DNA from: Octopus sinensis
Taxonomy: Eukaryota
Assembly (NCBI RefSeq): GCF_006345805.1
Contig: NC_043013.1
Span: forward strand, 434,001 to 498,000
DNA length: 64,000 bases
Direction: 5' to 3'
Every line of letters starts with the position of its first letter. The first letter of the stretch is position 1. The position numbers and the translations under genes were made by a program. Below, piece after piece: positions 1 through 63,896 of this stretch. The notes beneath the pieces are model-generated. The model was not told the DNA's origin. It was given only the letters and a program-made list of their open reading frames with translations, and did not search any database.

Positions 1-333
1 TACAAATGTCAAATGCAAAAATTTTTACAAAAGTATCTTCGAACATTTCTATTATTTTTTAAAGTAAATACAGAGCAACGTTGCAATGTAGAGCATTCTT
101 CCTTCTACAAGAACACAAGAAACTCAAGAGAAAAGGGAGGGAAAACGCCTACATTAGGAGGAGAAAGAGGGGAGGGGGATTTGCGCGTGGTTTACTTCGT
201 GCAACTCCGTCTATTTCCGGCCATCACGTCATCATTCTCCAGATAAGAGAAGACCGGCCGGTCTTCTTGAAAATAATTACACGTCAATTGGCTTCTATTC
301 TGCCCCCCCCCTTCTTCTAAACGTATGACTTAC

Positions 334-343
334 GTTTTAACAT
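334..343 (-). other. Possible first coding micro-exon (ATG TTA AAA C|gtaagt) of a neighbouring minus-strand gene
   Basis: Minus strand reads ggcgATGttaaaac|GTAAGT within a CpG-rich unique segment (about 150-420). No protein homology can be assessed. Confidence 0.3.
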
Positions 344-1679
344 CGCCGACTGATCCACTTTTCTTCTTGAGGTGAACTGCTTGTCAGTTATTTATTTGAC
401 TCAAAAATGACGATTAAAGAATTTGAGGATGTGTTGAAATGTAACGGGGATTGATTATTTGGGTGGGAAAACCTAAGATCCATTATTATGAATGATCTTA
501 TGTCATCTCCAATTCAACTACCATCAACGCAATGGTCATCATAGAGATGGATTTGTGATCAACAAGTTCGTCTTGCAACTATCTACGCGGTTTCACTTCA
601 ATCTCAATGCATGGCAACCCAGGCAAAAAATATTTTCTAGCAAAGCATCTTACGAATGAAATTTGATGGGAACCGTGTGAAAACCCATGGGAGGCATTGT
701 TCCCTTAATCCGATGTCCTGTTTAACAACACTACCAAATCCTTGCAATGCACCGAATATAATTTATCAATCAGCACCTATTATCATTTACTTTGGCGACC
801 GGCATAATTTTTAAATTTTATTTCCAAAGTTGTAGAAGATTCGTCTTCAATTCTGGAATTGTTTATTTTTGATACACACCTTCACACACACATACATACA
901 GTATGTTCCCAGTTTCTATATAACGAGTGATGTCAGGAATGGGAACACAGAAACGAAAGCCAAAAGCGAAAGTTGTGAACGAGATATGGTCCTTTGATAT
1001 TGATTTAATGAAACACACACACCATCATTTAACGTCCATTTTCTATGTTGGCGTGCGTTAGACGGTTTGACAGGATCCAGTGAGCTACAAGGTTGCATCA
1101 AGCTTCAGTGTCACCTTTGACATGGTTTCTACAGCTGGATGCTCCCCCTAATGCCAACCACTACAGTTTGTATGTGCCCCGGGCACTAGTGAGGTTTCCA
1201 AGCAAAAGAGAAAAGGACCAAGGAAAAAGCTCATGCCCCAACTAAGTGGGGGAAGTATTTGAGAGAGATGGAATTATACCAGGTGTTGAGCAACTAATAT
1301 CATAGAGGAAGAATCTCTCTCTCTCTCTCTCATATATATATACTTGGAAATGTATGTGTGGTGTTCAATCACATAATAATATAAATTATATATATATGCA
1401 TGCATATATACATACATATATGGGTACAGGACGTCAAAAGAACGTGAACTAAATGAAAACGGGAATATAAAAAACAAAAACATAGAAAACGAACTTTTTT
1501 CTGAACAACAAAAGAAACAAATGGAGAAACAAGACAGGCAACATAAAGAAAAATCCCTTCATCAGTTGTCCCCTGTTTTATCTATTCTGTGTTGCGAACG
1601 TTGTGTACCCATATATGTATGTATATACATATATATGTAGGTATGTACATATATGATTGTATATATGCATATATGTTAT

Positions 1680-2230
1680 ATCATCATCATCATCATCGTT
1701 TAACGTCCGTTCTCCATGCTAGCATGGGTTGGACGGTTCGACCGGGGTCTGGGAAGCCAGAAGGCTGCACCAGGCTCCAGTCTTATCTGGCAGAGTTTCT
1801 ACAGCTGGATGCCCTTCCTAATGCCAACCACTCCGTGAGTGTAGTGGGTGCTTTTTAGGTGCCACCTGCACAGGTGCCAGGCAAGGCTGGCAACGGCCAC
1901 GGTCGGATTGGTGTATTTTACGTGCCACCGGCACGGAAGCCAGTCGAGGCGGCGCTGGCATCGGCCACGAGTCGGATAGTGCTTTTTACGGGTCCTGGCT
2001 GGTTCAATTCGATTTCGATTTCGATTTCACTTGCCCCAACATGTCTTCGCAAGCAAAGGGGGTTGGCATGGGTGCCTGTTGTCAGATGAGGTTCTATATC
2101 GACTTCGCTTGCCTCAACAGGTCTTTGTGTCCAAGGGAGGAAAGGCATGCATAAGTGGGCTGGGCTCACTTGTCCTGCCTGGTCTTCTCACGTACAGCAT
2201 ATTTCCAAAGGTCAGAGAGCGTCTTTCAGT
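1680..2230 (-). mobile_element. RTE LINE 3' end (3' UTR plus ORF terminus)
   Basis: Same 3' UTR and (GAT)n tail as the 33065 copy. Confidence 0.85.
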
Positions 2231-3089
2231 TTCCCTCTAACATCCACTGACAAGGCTTTGGATTGACCCAGGGCTAAAGTATAATCTTGCCCAAGGTACC
2301 ATGAAGTGAGATTGTACCCTAAAATTTTACCTTCCCTGTTAGTTTACACCAAATGATTAAATGCTGGACTATACAGAGTTATAAACTAAAAAAAAGAGTG
2401 AAAAAAGGAGCACCAAAACACATCTTAATTGCAAACCAAAATACTGAAAGAAAAATACCCAGGTAAAAAACATGATACTAATGATTGCTAAATGACAAAA
2501 GTGAAAGAGGTATAATAAGCTCAAGGATGGTCAAGATGTCCACTCTCTTGCAAGGATTAGGAAGAGGCGTCTGTTCTGATGATAATTTAATCTCTTTTAT
2601 CCATTATTCTCAGAGGTCAGAAGTGCTACCATTTCCCCTCTCCCTATGTCATGTAAAAGGAGTATATTTTACACACACACACACACATAATATAAGTGTG
2701 TGTGTGTGTATCATGACCATCATCTATCAATCTCTATGTCCATGCTGGAATGGGTTGGGCAGTTTGACAAGATCTGATTGGTTCAAAGACTGCATTGTGC
2801 TCTAATGTTTGCTTCGGCCTGGTTTCTGTTGCTGGATGTCCTTAATGCCAAATACTTAACAGAACACACTGGATGACTTTTTCATGATACTAGCACTTGT
2901 GAGGTCACCATACCGCTTGCAAGACCAAGATCCCTTTTGACTGAGTACTGCTACAGTAGAGAGGGAAGCAGCTTTATGCTTTACACATACATATAGGTAT
3001 ACATACTTGTATGTTTGTGTGTGTGTGTGTATGTGTATATATATCATCATCATCATCATCATGTATATATATATATTGTTACAACAATC

Positions 3090-3650
3090 TTGGACAAAAC
3101 ACAAGGTTTTGTATCCACAAAGCCAAAGTCACGTGGACAGCTCATCAGACTCTATATAAAAGACAAAAATTTTTAATTTCTACATTGTGGACGTGAGGAA
3201 ATGTTCAGAAACATATCTTAGCCTAAAAATGGTTATGCAGACGGGTTGTCTCCCCTGAATCAGAGGATAAAACAACCCTTTTAGACCCAAAAAGGCCTAA
3301 CCAGCAAATGGAGAGATCCAATTTTCCAGTGGGTAACGCTTAAAGTGGACACATTTAGGAAACACCTCTTTGTGACTATTTAACACGGCAGGTTTAGTAT
3401 AGTCCTTAAGAATTTTGGCTCTCTCCATGATGCAGATCTTGCAACGGCCACTTCCATTAATATATTGGCCCAGATGATCAATTAATTTCCACCTGATGTC
3501 ACACAGGGTCCCTTGATCTTTGAGGTACCGCACAAGGTGGGCCAGGGATGTGACAAACCATCTTTCTAAGACTCTAAAAGATGACTGGTGGTTAAGAAAA
3601 CATCATTTGAAATAGGTACTGGTAGATCCAATATCTTTACAAAGAACAGG
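3090..3650 (-). mobile_element. Penelope-like element 3' fragment (GIY-YIG endonuclease remnant plus pLTR remnant)
   Basis: Minus frame reads DIGSTSTYFK*CFLNHQSSF...IRWKLI...CKICIMERAKIL...LNSHKEVFPKCVH. This is a decayed YIG motif plus the C-terminal Cys/His region typical of PLE endonucleases. Confidence 0.75.
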
Positions 3651-3989
3651 ATGTGGCCATATTGGCACCCTTGGTAACATGTGCTGCAGGGCCGGTCATT
3701 CCATCAGTGTTGAAGATAATTTTATGGTCATCATCTGTGGTGGTGGTACTGGTCCAGGACTGGTCATCATCTCTAGGTGTTGCAATTGCACTTGTGGTAA
3801 CATATGTTGCAGGCCTGGTTACATGTGTCTATGGTTACATGTACAACTCATTTTTGCTAGCTGTGTAGACTGGAGCAATGTGAAATAAACTGTCTTGCTT
3901 AAGACATTTACTAAAAGGAGATGTTTTACATATATATATATATATATATATATATGTATACATATACATATATATATTCATATATAAGT

Positions 3990-4310
3990 GAAGGCACATG
4001 GTTTAGTGGTTAGGGTATTAGGCTTATGGCTGTAAGACCATGAGTTCTGTTCCTGGTGGTGTATTGTGATCTTGAGCAAGACACTTAATTTCACATTACT
4101 CCAGTCCACTCAGCTGGCAAAAATGAGTTGTACTTGTAATTCAAAGGGCCACTCATGTCACATTCTGTATCACACTGAGTCTCCCTGAGAACTACATTAA
4201 GGGTACGTGTCTGTGGAGTACTCAGCCACTTGCACATTAATTTCATGAGCAGGCTGTTCTGCTGATTGGATCAACTGGAACCCTCATTGCTGTGACTGAT
4301 GGAGTGCCAT
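3990..4310 (+). mobile_element. tRNA-derived SINE, family C (related copies 19510-19835 +, 25760-26050 +, 39040-39360 -)
   Basis: A-box TGGTTTAGTGG and shared body (cttgagcaagacactt...gctccagtccactcagctggc). The 19510 copy has a clear B-box GGTTCGATTCC. Confidence 0.75.
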
Positions 4311-4738
4311 GCACACACACACACACACACACATATATAAATATAATTATTATTAAGTTGATAGCCTATTTTAGTTTCACAAATGGCTGAGCTGTTCATG
4401 ACTGTGGGGACAGGAGAGATATCTGGAGTTTATATAGGATTCAGTTAAAGTTAGGCGTGTTAAAGTGATGTGTAGCTACAGTCATGGTGTTCTTGGTTGT
4501 GTGTACCCACTGAACAATGCTTTCAACTTCTCCTTTCATGTTGTAAGCAATGAAAAGCTGGTTTGATGTTCTCAGGATGCATGTTTGTGATATTCGTGTG
4601 CAGAAGGTTAAAGCTGTTCGAAGTAACAAGTTGGTCGTTCATGTGAAGAAGCAAAAGCATTGCATCCAAAATTGAACCTCAAGGTACACCTGAGTTGATA
4701 CATTGGGATTCAGAACATGGCCAGACACGAAAATTCAT

Positions 4739-5068
4739 TAGAAAATTACTATTTTTAAATCTCACAATGAGAGATATTCAGCAACAGTACTTTGGAGTAA
4801 AGATTGTTTGCCAACATAACATGGCAGTCCTGGTTTAGGACGAATGTTGCTGTAATTTAGCCCCAGGAGACATCGTCACCAGCTGGCTATATGACACGAT
4901 CTGTGTCCTTATATTTTTGAACAAGGGAATCTAGTACCCCGACTCAGCTCAAAACATTATCTGTGTTTTGAGCTGAGTGGGGGTGCTAGATTCCCTTGTT
5001 CGAAAATATAAGGACACAGATCATGTCATATAGCCAGCTGGTGACGATGTCTCCTGGGGCTAAATTAC
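4739..5068. repeat. Inverted pair of a repeat unit forming a 105-bp-arm palindrome (4852-4956 / 4964-5068)
   Basis: Arms are directly readable with 4 mismatches and a 7-nt loop. The same unit recurs at 50583-50728 and 52196-52224. Confidence 0.9.
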
Positions 5069-5604
5069 GAAAATTAATTTCCTAAAGTTAAGAGTCAGAT
5101 GGAGCCCAAATGTGGAATATTTAGCTAGGAGGTTCTCATATAAGACACAACTGAAAACTTTATTGCTGTTTAGAAACAAAAGGAATATTGCTTTTAACAA
5201 AGTTCTAAAGAGTAAAAGAGTATTGAAGGCTAACCTGGGAGACAAGTCTTTGGTGGAATTAGAAACTGAACAGGTAGTGAGTGAGTAAAGTAAATTTCAA
5301 GGTGACATAAGAAGTAGTCATATGTGATTGTTAAGTCATTGAGATGTCGAAAGCAATTGAAGTAGTTAGCAGTTTGAGAGAGGGAGCCTTTCTGGAGAAT
5401 AGGAAGCGTAGTAGTGAGAGGCAAAAACTGGAAGGTTTTAGTGGAGAAAGGAATTAATTCTGGGCTGAACTTAGGGGAGAAAGGATAGAAAACTTTTAAG
5501 ATAGGTTGAAATGATAAGAAAAATTTTTGCACTAGTTGAAGGTACGGAGAATGAAAGGGAGAGATAAGTTTGAGTGTTTGGAAGCAAAAAATGTAATGGT
5601 TTTG

Positions 5605-5930
5605 TCTGTAAAAATCATCATCATCATTGTTGTCATTTAACGTCCGCTTTCCATGCTGGCATGGGTTGGACAGTTTGACTGAGGACTGGCAAGCCAGGAG
5701 GCTGCACCAGGCTCCAATCTAATCTGACAAAGTTTCTACAGCTGGATGCCCTTCCTAATGCCAACCACTCCGAGAGTGTAGTGGGTGCTTTTTATGTTCT
5801 ACCAACACAGGACCAGTCAGCCAGCACTGGCATAGACCACGCTCAAGTAATGCTTTTTACATGCCAATCAAGCAGTACTGTTGTCAGCCACGATAATGAC
5901 TTCACTTGGCTCAACAGGTTTTTGCAACGT
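5605..5930 (-). mobile_element. RTE LINE 3' UTR fragment
   Basis: ctggatgcccttcctaatgccaaccac core plus (CAT)n. Confidence 0.8.
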
Positions 5931-6049
5931 TATTTAAAAAGCCATCCTAGTTGAGTAGTGGTGCATAGGAGATATGGTAAAATCAGTAGAGACTCTTTTA
6001 GCAATAGACTAGAATGCCTTACCACACTTTGGGAGCCAGGGAAACTTGA

Positions 6050-6430
6050 AAGGAGTGGCTGTGCGGTAAGTAGCTTGCTCCCCAACCACATGGTTCCGGG
6101 TTCAGTCCCACTGCGTGGCACCTTGGGCAAGTGTCTTCTACTATAGCCTCGGGCCGACCAAAGCCTTGAGTGGATTTGGTAGACGGAACCTGAAAGAAGC
6201 CTGTCGTATATATGTATATATATGTGTGTGTCTTTATCCCCCCAACATCGCTTGACAACCGATGTTGGTGTGTTTACGTCCCCGTAACTTAGTGGTTTGG
6301 CAAAAGAGACTGATGGAATAAGTAGTAGGCTTACAAGGAATAAGTCCTGGGGGTCGATTTCCTCGACTAAAGGCGGTGCTCCAGCATGGCTGCAGTTAAA
6401 TGACTGAAACAAGTAAAAGAGTAAAAGAGA
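6050..6430 (+). mobile_element. tRNA-derived SINE, family A (resembles octopus OR-type/CORE SINEs; family name from memory)
   Basis: gtggctgtgcggtaag...ggttcagtccca head, ccttgggcaagtgtctt core, internal (TA/GT)n and gaaacaagtaaaaga tail. At least 10 copies in the window. Confidence 0.8.
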
Positions 6431-7261
6431 GAGAGTAATGCATTCTTTGTTTTCTTGTTGGCTGATTTATCTGAGTTGTGGTGGTAAATTCCACTGAGTT
6501 GGTAAGAGGAAAAAGATTCTCTGAACATGTTGGATGCAGTACTGTCGACTGAAAAGTCTATGTTTAGAGACATAGCATTAGTCACTCAATTAGTCGTCTC
6601 AGATGGGTTGGAGTGAAGTGCATCAACAACTAAGTGTGACCAATGGATGTCAGAGCTGGAATTGTATGGTAAAGGAGATGTGAAATCAATTACTTTGACC
6701 AGGCAGCAATCGTTCCATCTGACAGAGGAAGGAATGGTGATGCAGGATAGAGGAAGGGTTTAGAGGTAAGAGAATGTTTATAGAGTCAGTGTATTAGTCA
6801 GGGATACAGAGAAATGTGGATACTCCTGTTTGGTGTAAACTATTTAGAATAGTAAACAAGTTGATCCCTATACCAGTGAAAGAAATCGTGTGAAGGCCAC
6901 AGGAGCCAGCTGTACTCAAGTCAGCATAAATGTTTAAGGCTCTATATAAAACTGTAAACAACCTGGATACAAAGGAAGGGCAAGTGTCCACAAAGTCTTA
7001 AATTTCATGCAAGAGACTTACTATAATACTTTCCAATATATCCTTCGTCAACTCATTTGCAGGAAATTGGCCAAAATGCTTTGCTGTATTTAGTTACGTC
7101 TCTTTACATTCTGAGTTCAAATCTCGCTGAGATTGATAAAATAAGTACAAGTTAAGCTCTGGGATCGATTAGCATTCTATAATGCATCTTCAATGTGAGC
7201 AGAATTATTAAATAACTCATCTAATTCCACATAACACTTTCAGGATCATTGTTGATTTACT

Positions 7262-7575
7262 CTTTTACTTGTTTCAGTCATGTGACTGTGGCCCTGCTAG
7301 AGTACCGCCTTTAGTCGAACCTAGTACCTATTCTATCAATCTCTTTTGTCAAACTGCTACGTTACGGGTACGTAAACACACCAGCATCAGTTGTCAGGCG
7401 ATGTTGGGGAGACAAACACACATATATATATACGACGGGCTTCTTTCAGTTTCACTCACAAGGCTTTGGTTGGCCCGAGGCTATAATAGAAGACACTTGC
7501 CCAAGGTGCCATGCAGTGGAACTGAACCCGGAACCATGTGTTTGGTAAGCAAGCTACTTACCACACAGCCACTCC
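7262..7575 (-). mobile_element. SINE family A copy
   Basis: Reverse complement of the 6050-6430 element. Confidence 0.8.
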
Positions 7576-7744
7576 TGTGCCTATGATTTGTTGATGAAGC
7601 TGAAGCAAGTTGTTAAAAAAACCTGTTACTTAATGCCGAAATAGGGGGGGGGGCAATGTTTCGTTTTAGGATTCAGCAAGTGAAACTACTGAAGTCGCAA
7701 GAAACTCGTCGGTGAAATGCAAGTGACGTAGCAAAATGAAAGTA

Positions 7745-8112
7745 AAACAAGAGCACTCAGAGAGCATAAACCTCTGTCATGGGAACACCAACGTCCTCCC
7801 AATGTTTAGTCAGAGATGATTTTTAAAATGAGAATATCTGAAATAAACTCGACTGCTCCCACAAACGAGAATACTAAAAATTAACCCGATCGCTCTCAAG
7901 AATTAAGTAAAAAAAAACAGGGAAAATAACCCAGAATTCTTGTCCGGCACCGAGTCGATTCCAAAATCTAATCAGTTCGTGCTAGTCACGAGGCCAAACA
8001 TCCCTGAAAGTTTCATTCCAATCCATCCAGCAGTTCTTGAGATATCTTGTCCACGGACAAACACGACAGAAAACAAAACCTCCAACGCGCCTTCGCTAAG
8101 GTAGAGGTAATA
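7745..8112 (+). mobile_element. Non-autonomous interspersed element, possibly Helentron/HINE-like; inverted copy at 23040-23402
   Basis: Two ~360-bp copies in opposite orientation, with a subterminal gccttcgctaaggtagagg structure. Class is uncertain. Confidence 0.5.
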
Positions 8113-8765
8113 ATGCTTGGTGATATTCGACAGAACTCGGCAATGATTTGAAACTGGGTTTAAACTGAAGATATATTCCAAAGATGTTTTATATATTGAA
8201 GAAATAGCTTGCAATTTTCCACATCAAGCGGCCATAAAAATTGGGCATGACAACACCGAATAAAGCAGCGAGCTGGCAAAACCGTTAACACGCCGGACAA
8301 AGTTCTGAGTTCAATTTTCGCCCAGATCGACCTTGCCTTTAATCCTTTCGGGGTCAATGAAATAAGTACTAGTTGCGCACTGGGGTCGATCTAATCGACT
8401 GGACTCCATCTCGAACAAGCTGGCCTAGCGTCAAATTAGGTAGCGATATGATGTAATGCATTTGGACGTGTTACGTATGCAGGCATTATCAAAGTGCTTA
8501 GATAAGATTCAGTGATGTTTCATTTTATGACCATAAAACGAAATATTAACCAAAATTGAAACTGTACAAACGGTACACAAGCTAAAACCCTTCGGCCATC
8601 TAAACGAGGCTTGCACCAAGTTTGTAATAGGCATAAGTTGTGAAATGTCTGTCCCGTTTCAACTGGTTATAAACCCAGCCAGCCATGCAACTGCACATAA
8701 TATATATTTTAATAATCAGTGCTACAAACAATTTATGAATGGGTTATGGGTATATATATATATAT

Positions 8766-9147
8766 GGCAATCTTTCGTCTCTAGTAGACCTTTCCCTCGC
8801 TTTCCGTAAAAAATTTTTTTTTTACATATGGGCTTGCGGGAACTTTTGAAGTAATGAGAGCGAAAGAGACTAAGAGAAAGCGATTGTATGACGAGGGAAG
8901 TTCTTTTGAAGTTACCGTGCATGGGAAGCATTGATGTACATGTGTGTGTGTGTGTTTGATGGGGTATGGGAGACAGACAGTATGTTGTGTAAGTGAAGTG
9001 CTTCTGTTAGTGTGTGTGAAGAGACAGAGAGAGTAATGTGTCTCTTTCGCTCTCATTACTTCAAAAGTTTCCGCAAGCCCATATGTAAAATAAAAATTTT
9101 TTTTTACGGAAATCGACGGAAAGGTCTACTAGAGACGAAAGATCGCC
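8766..9147. mobile_element. MITE with ~120-bp terminal inverted repeats inserted in (TA)n
   Basis: ggcaatctttcgtctctagtagacc... versus ...ggtctactagagacgaaagatcgcc, with TA runs on both sides. Confidence 0.85.
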
Positions 9148-9899
9148 ATATATATATATCGTGTACTTCTTACAAGTAACTGAACAGTGTAATAAAACTA
9201 GAATGATTTATAAAACAAGGTATTGTTCATCAAAAGTTCCATTATTTTACCTCTAACACAATCTCCAAGCCCTTGTCACCTTCTTGCAGAGAATATGTTA
9301 TCGAAACAGGGAAGATGGTCATTTATGCGGATTTGCAATTTCACATTTGCGCACTCCTTCCTTAGCCATATGTTGTGCAAAAATACACACACACATGGAG
9401 AGGGGCTTCTTGCATTTAACATTCAGTAACAGGATCTTTTGGTAACCTGAATTTGAATCACTTCTGATGCAAGAATACAAACATTCAAAAGTTGAGTTTC
9501 CACCCCTTTCACTTGACCTTCCCCACCCCTTAAAAATGCTGAGGCTAGATTTTTCATATTAAAAAATAAAGGATCACTAATATTCTAGAAAAGAAGAGGA
9601 ATGCCACAAGTTTTCCTTTCCTTTCGTTTAAAAATCGTAATTTCAATTCCCGTGAAATAATTATCACAAGTTCATGAATACAGCCACCTTAAAATACCAA
9701 ATAAAAATGTTTTAGTTTAAATAAATGTGACTTTTTTTGATAAAATAAATATAAAAAAGTTTGATGTGAGGCTTGTCAAAAACAATTTTTTTTGTCATAA
9801 TCAGATTTTCATTTACTGTTTTAACTTTAATTCTATCGCAATTAAAGACGAGAGGCTTAACCGAAACTTGTTAATACCCTTAATGTTTTCAATTGTTGT

Positions 9900-10078
9900 A
9901 AGGCGGCGAGCTGGCCGAAACGTCAGCACGCCGGGTGAAGTGCTTTGCGCTATTTCGTCTGTCATTTCTTTCTGAGGTCGACTTTGCCTTTCAGGGTCGA
10001 TAAATTAAGTACAAGTTGCGTATTGAGGTCGATGTAATTGACTGCCTCCCTCCCCGCAAATTTCGGGCCTTAAGCCTA
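9900..10078 (+). mobile_element. tRNA-derived SINE, family B (MetaSINE-like central domain; assignment from memory)
   Basis: ggcggcgagctggc head and gactttgcctttca(tcctttc)ggggtcgataaattaagtac core. Other copies at 8262-8420, 22645-23045, 23415-23580 (+) and 38405-38960, 41725-41930, 60065-60290, 60910-61100 (-). Confidence 0.7.
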
Positions 10079-10899
10079 ATCCGTTTATATTTTCTACGTT
10101 TCTTCTTTCTGCTGAAGTCTAGGTTGAAATTAGAATCCGGCTTATAGATTCGAGGCTGGTGTAACACTAAAAAAGTTAAGTTTAGAATAAATTAGTTGAG
10201 AGAGAGAGAGAGAATAATGATTAACAAAAAGTGAAAGAAAAATAATTGGAGTCGAATTTGAACGATGTCAAAAATTGTTTCCTCCTCAAAATATACATCG
10301 AAAAAGATGTAAAGTAAAAACAAGTAGGCCTGAACAAGCTCCAATTCTATTACATAATCAGAAGCAAATTTGATTTCATACTAACAGAGAATTTAATAAA
10401 TGGTGTCTTTTTTCTTTCTTTCTACATATATGATCTGTAGTTGAATACACAGACTTACTGTGACCAAAGATATGAGAAACGAACTGCGTCACTATATGCG
10501 TATGAATGTAAATAGTATTGGATTTCGTTTTCCGGAAAACTAATTCCATTCGTTATTTTAGCGATTTGAATAGAATTGAATTGTCTTTCGTTCACGTTTT
10601 CTCGCGATAAATAAAACGAGTGACAACGATTTAAAAAAAACAAAAACCCTACAGAAGTTCCAGCTTTCTGAGATAACACCGACGACACTTCAATAATGAA
10701 CCAAGCAAACATGACAAATTAATGGTTAATTTTCGATGATTGCATATTTTGAAAAGAGAAATTATGGTACAGGTGCACAATGAACGATACAAATTTTTTT
10801 TTTAATGTGGTTAGTATAAGCGAAATTAAATACGCGACAAAAGAAAACTTGTCGAAATTCTTATGAAGCTCAAGACAGCCAATAATGCTTAGTCTCACT

Positions 10900-11095
10900 T
10901 AAAAGATGAGATTGCTTCTTGGTTTAGATATCCAAGAAGTCCATGGCAATCACAAATATACAGTTCAGGGTTAAATTTACTTGCCAAACTTTAGTGACAA
11001 ATATTGCACCATTTCGAGTTGGCGAATATGTGGTTTCGTTTTCCGCTACGGTTGCAAAGTATAGTTTTTTATAAATCCGTTTGAGACTCATAAAA
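10900..11095 (+). promoter_or_regulatory. Probable SMC5 promoter / 5' UTR region
   Basis: Non-repetitive and CpG-enriched relative to the rest of the window; lies immediately upstream of the ATG. The TSS itself cannot be determined. Confidence 0.45.
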
Positions 11096-62591
<51,496 letters not shown>

Positions 62592-63129
62592 GTATTTAGT
62601 TAATCTAGAGATTAATTTGATTCTTTAATCTTGATATACTTTTTGTACATAATCATAATTTTTTTTTCTCTCAAGAAAATACTTTTGTGTTATTTTCATG
62701 ATTAGTTTGATAATTAAAAGCTTAATTGAAAATAACTTATGTGCATGTGTTTCTGTGTGTATGTGTGTGGGGGGGTGTTAAAGATTTTGCTTCACAACCA
62801 AGCAATTTTAGGTTCAATCCTATTTTTCTATTATTTTGTTCCTTGTGATTGAGCTTGCAGGTAAAAACTGCATGGAATCCAGTCGTATGTGTGTGTGTGT
62901 GTGTGTGTGTGTTCGCATTGTTTGTTACTATTCCCACTTTTTGCGCCAGATTTCCAAAGTGAAAAAAAAACCACAGTGCACAGTCTACCTGTTCAAGCAA
63001 TGTCAATTTGATGGAGAGATTGAGCTGATGTGTGGTACGAACATTTGATCACAATAAACAAATCATTTGTGCAGATCATTTGGCAAAAGATGAATGCTCA
63101 CACATTGCGTTCGATGGGAGAGTCCATCG

Positions 63130-63660
63130 TACATCATCATCATTGTTTAATGTCCGTTTTCCATGCTGGCATGGGTTGGACGGTTCGACTGGGGTCTGGA
63201 AAGCCAGGAGGCTGCACCAGGTCCTAATCTGATCTGGTAGTGTTTCTACAGCTGGATGCCCTTCCTTACGCCAACCACTCCAAGAGTGTAGTGGGTGCTT
63301 TTTACGTGCCACTGGCGCATGGGCCAGATGAGTTGGCATCAACCACCATCGGATGGTGCTTTTTATGTGCCACCAGCATGGAAGCCAGTCAAGGCAGCAC
63401 TGGTATCGGCCATGTTCAGATGGTGCTTTTTACGTGCTACCAGCATGGGGGTCACAACCACAATTTCTATTTGATTTGATTTTGATGTTGACTCAATAGG
63501 TCTCTTCAAACACAGCATGTTGCCCTATGATCCAAGGTACTTTTTTAAGTGGGCTGGTAATGCGACACTGGTGTAGGTTACACCTGCGGACTCACTTGGC
63601 TTGATGAGTCTTCTCAGTCACAGCATACCTCCAGAGGTCTTGGTCTTTTGTCATTGCCTC
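63130..63660 (-). mobile_element. RTE LINE 3' end
   Basis: Family core, subrepeats and ORF terminus. Further short copies at about 1020, 2705, 14447, 23610, 27340, 37375, 41260, 47455, 58040 and 58545. Confidence 0.82.
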
Positions 63661-63864
63661 ATATATATATAGTTGAAATTTATAGAAAAACAAAAGATGA
63701 AGACAGGTGTATGAACAAGAAGTGAGTGTATTAGTTTGATGCTTAGGAAAAAGGAAAAAGTCTTTTACATTTCAAGCCTATGCTCTTCAACGGAAAGGAA
63801 TAAGAGAAAATAAACAGAGAGAGAATGAAAAATACCTGTAGAGTTCAGTAGTCCAACATAGCAA

Positions 63865-63896
<32 letters not shown>

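Noticed and set aside
4852-5068. Functional link between the cruciform-capable palindrome and SMC5/6's role on structured DNA
   Set aside because: The palindrome is a dispersed repeat family member about 6 kb upstream. Nothing in the sequence supports more than coincidence.
5070-7010. Purine-rich segments (5070-5560, 6430-7010; also 30340-30610) as coding genes
   Set aside because: Many stops, no splice-consistent frame and no motif I can name with confidence. Probably old retroelement remnants; left unassigned.
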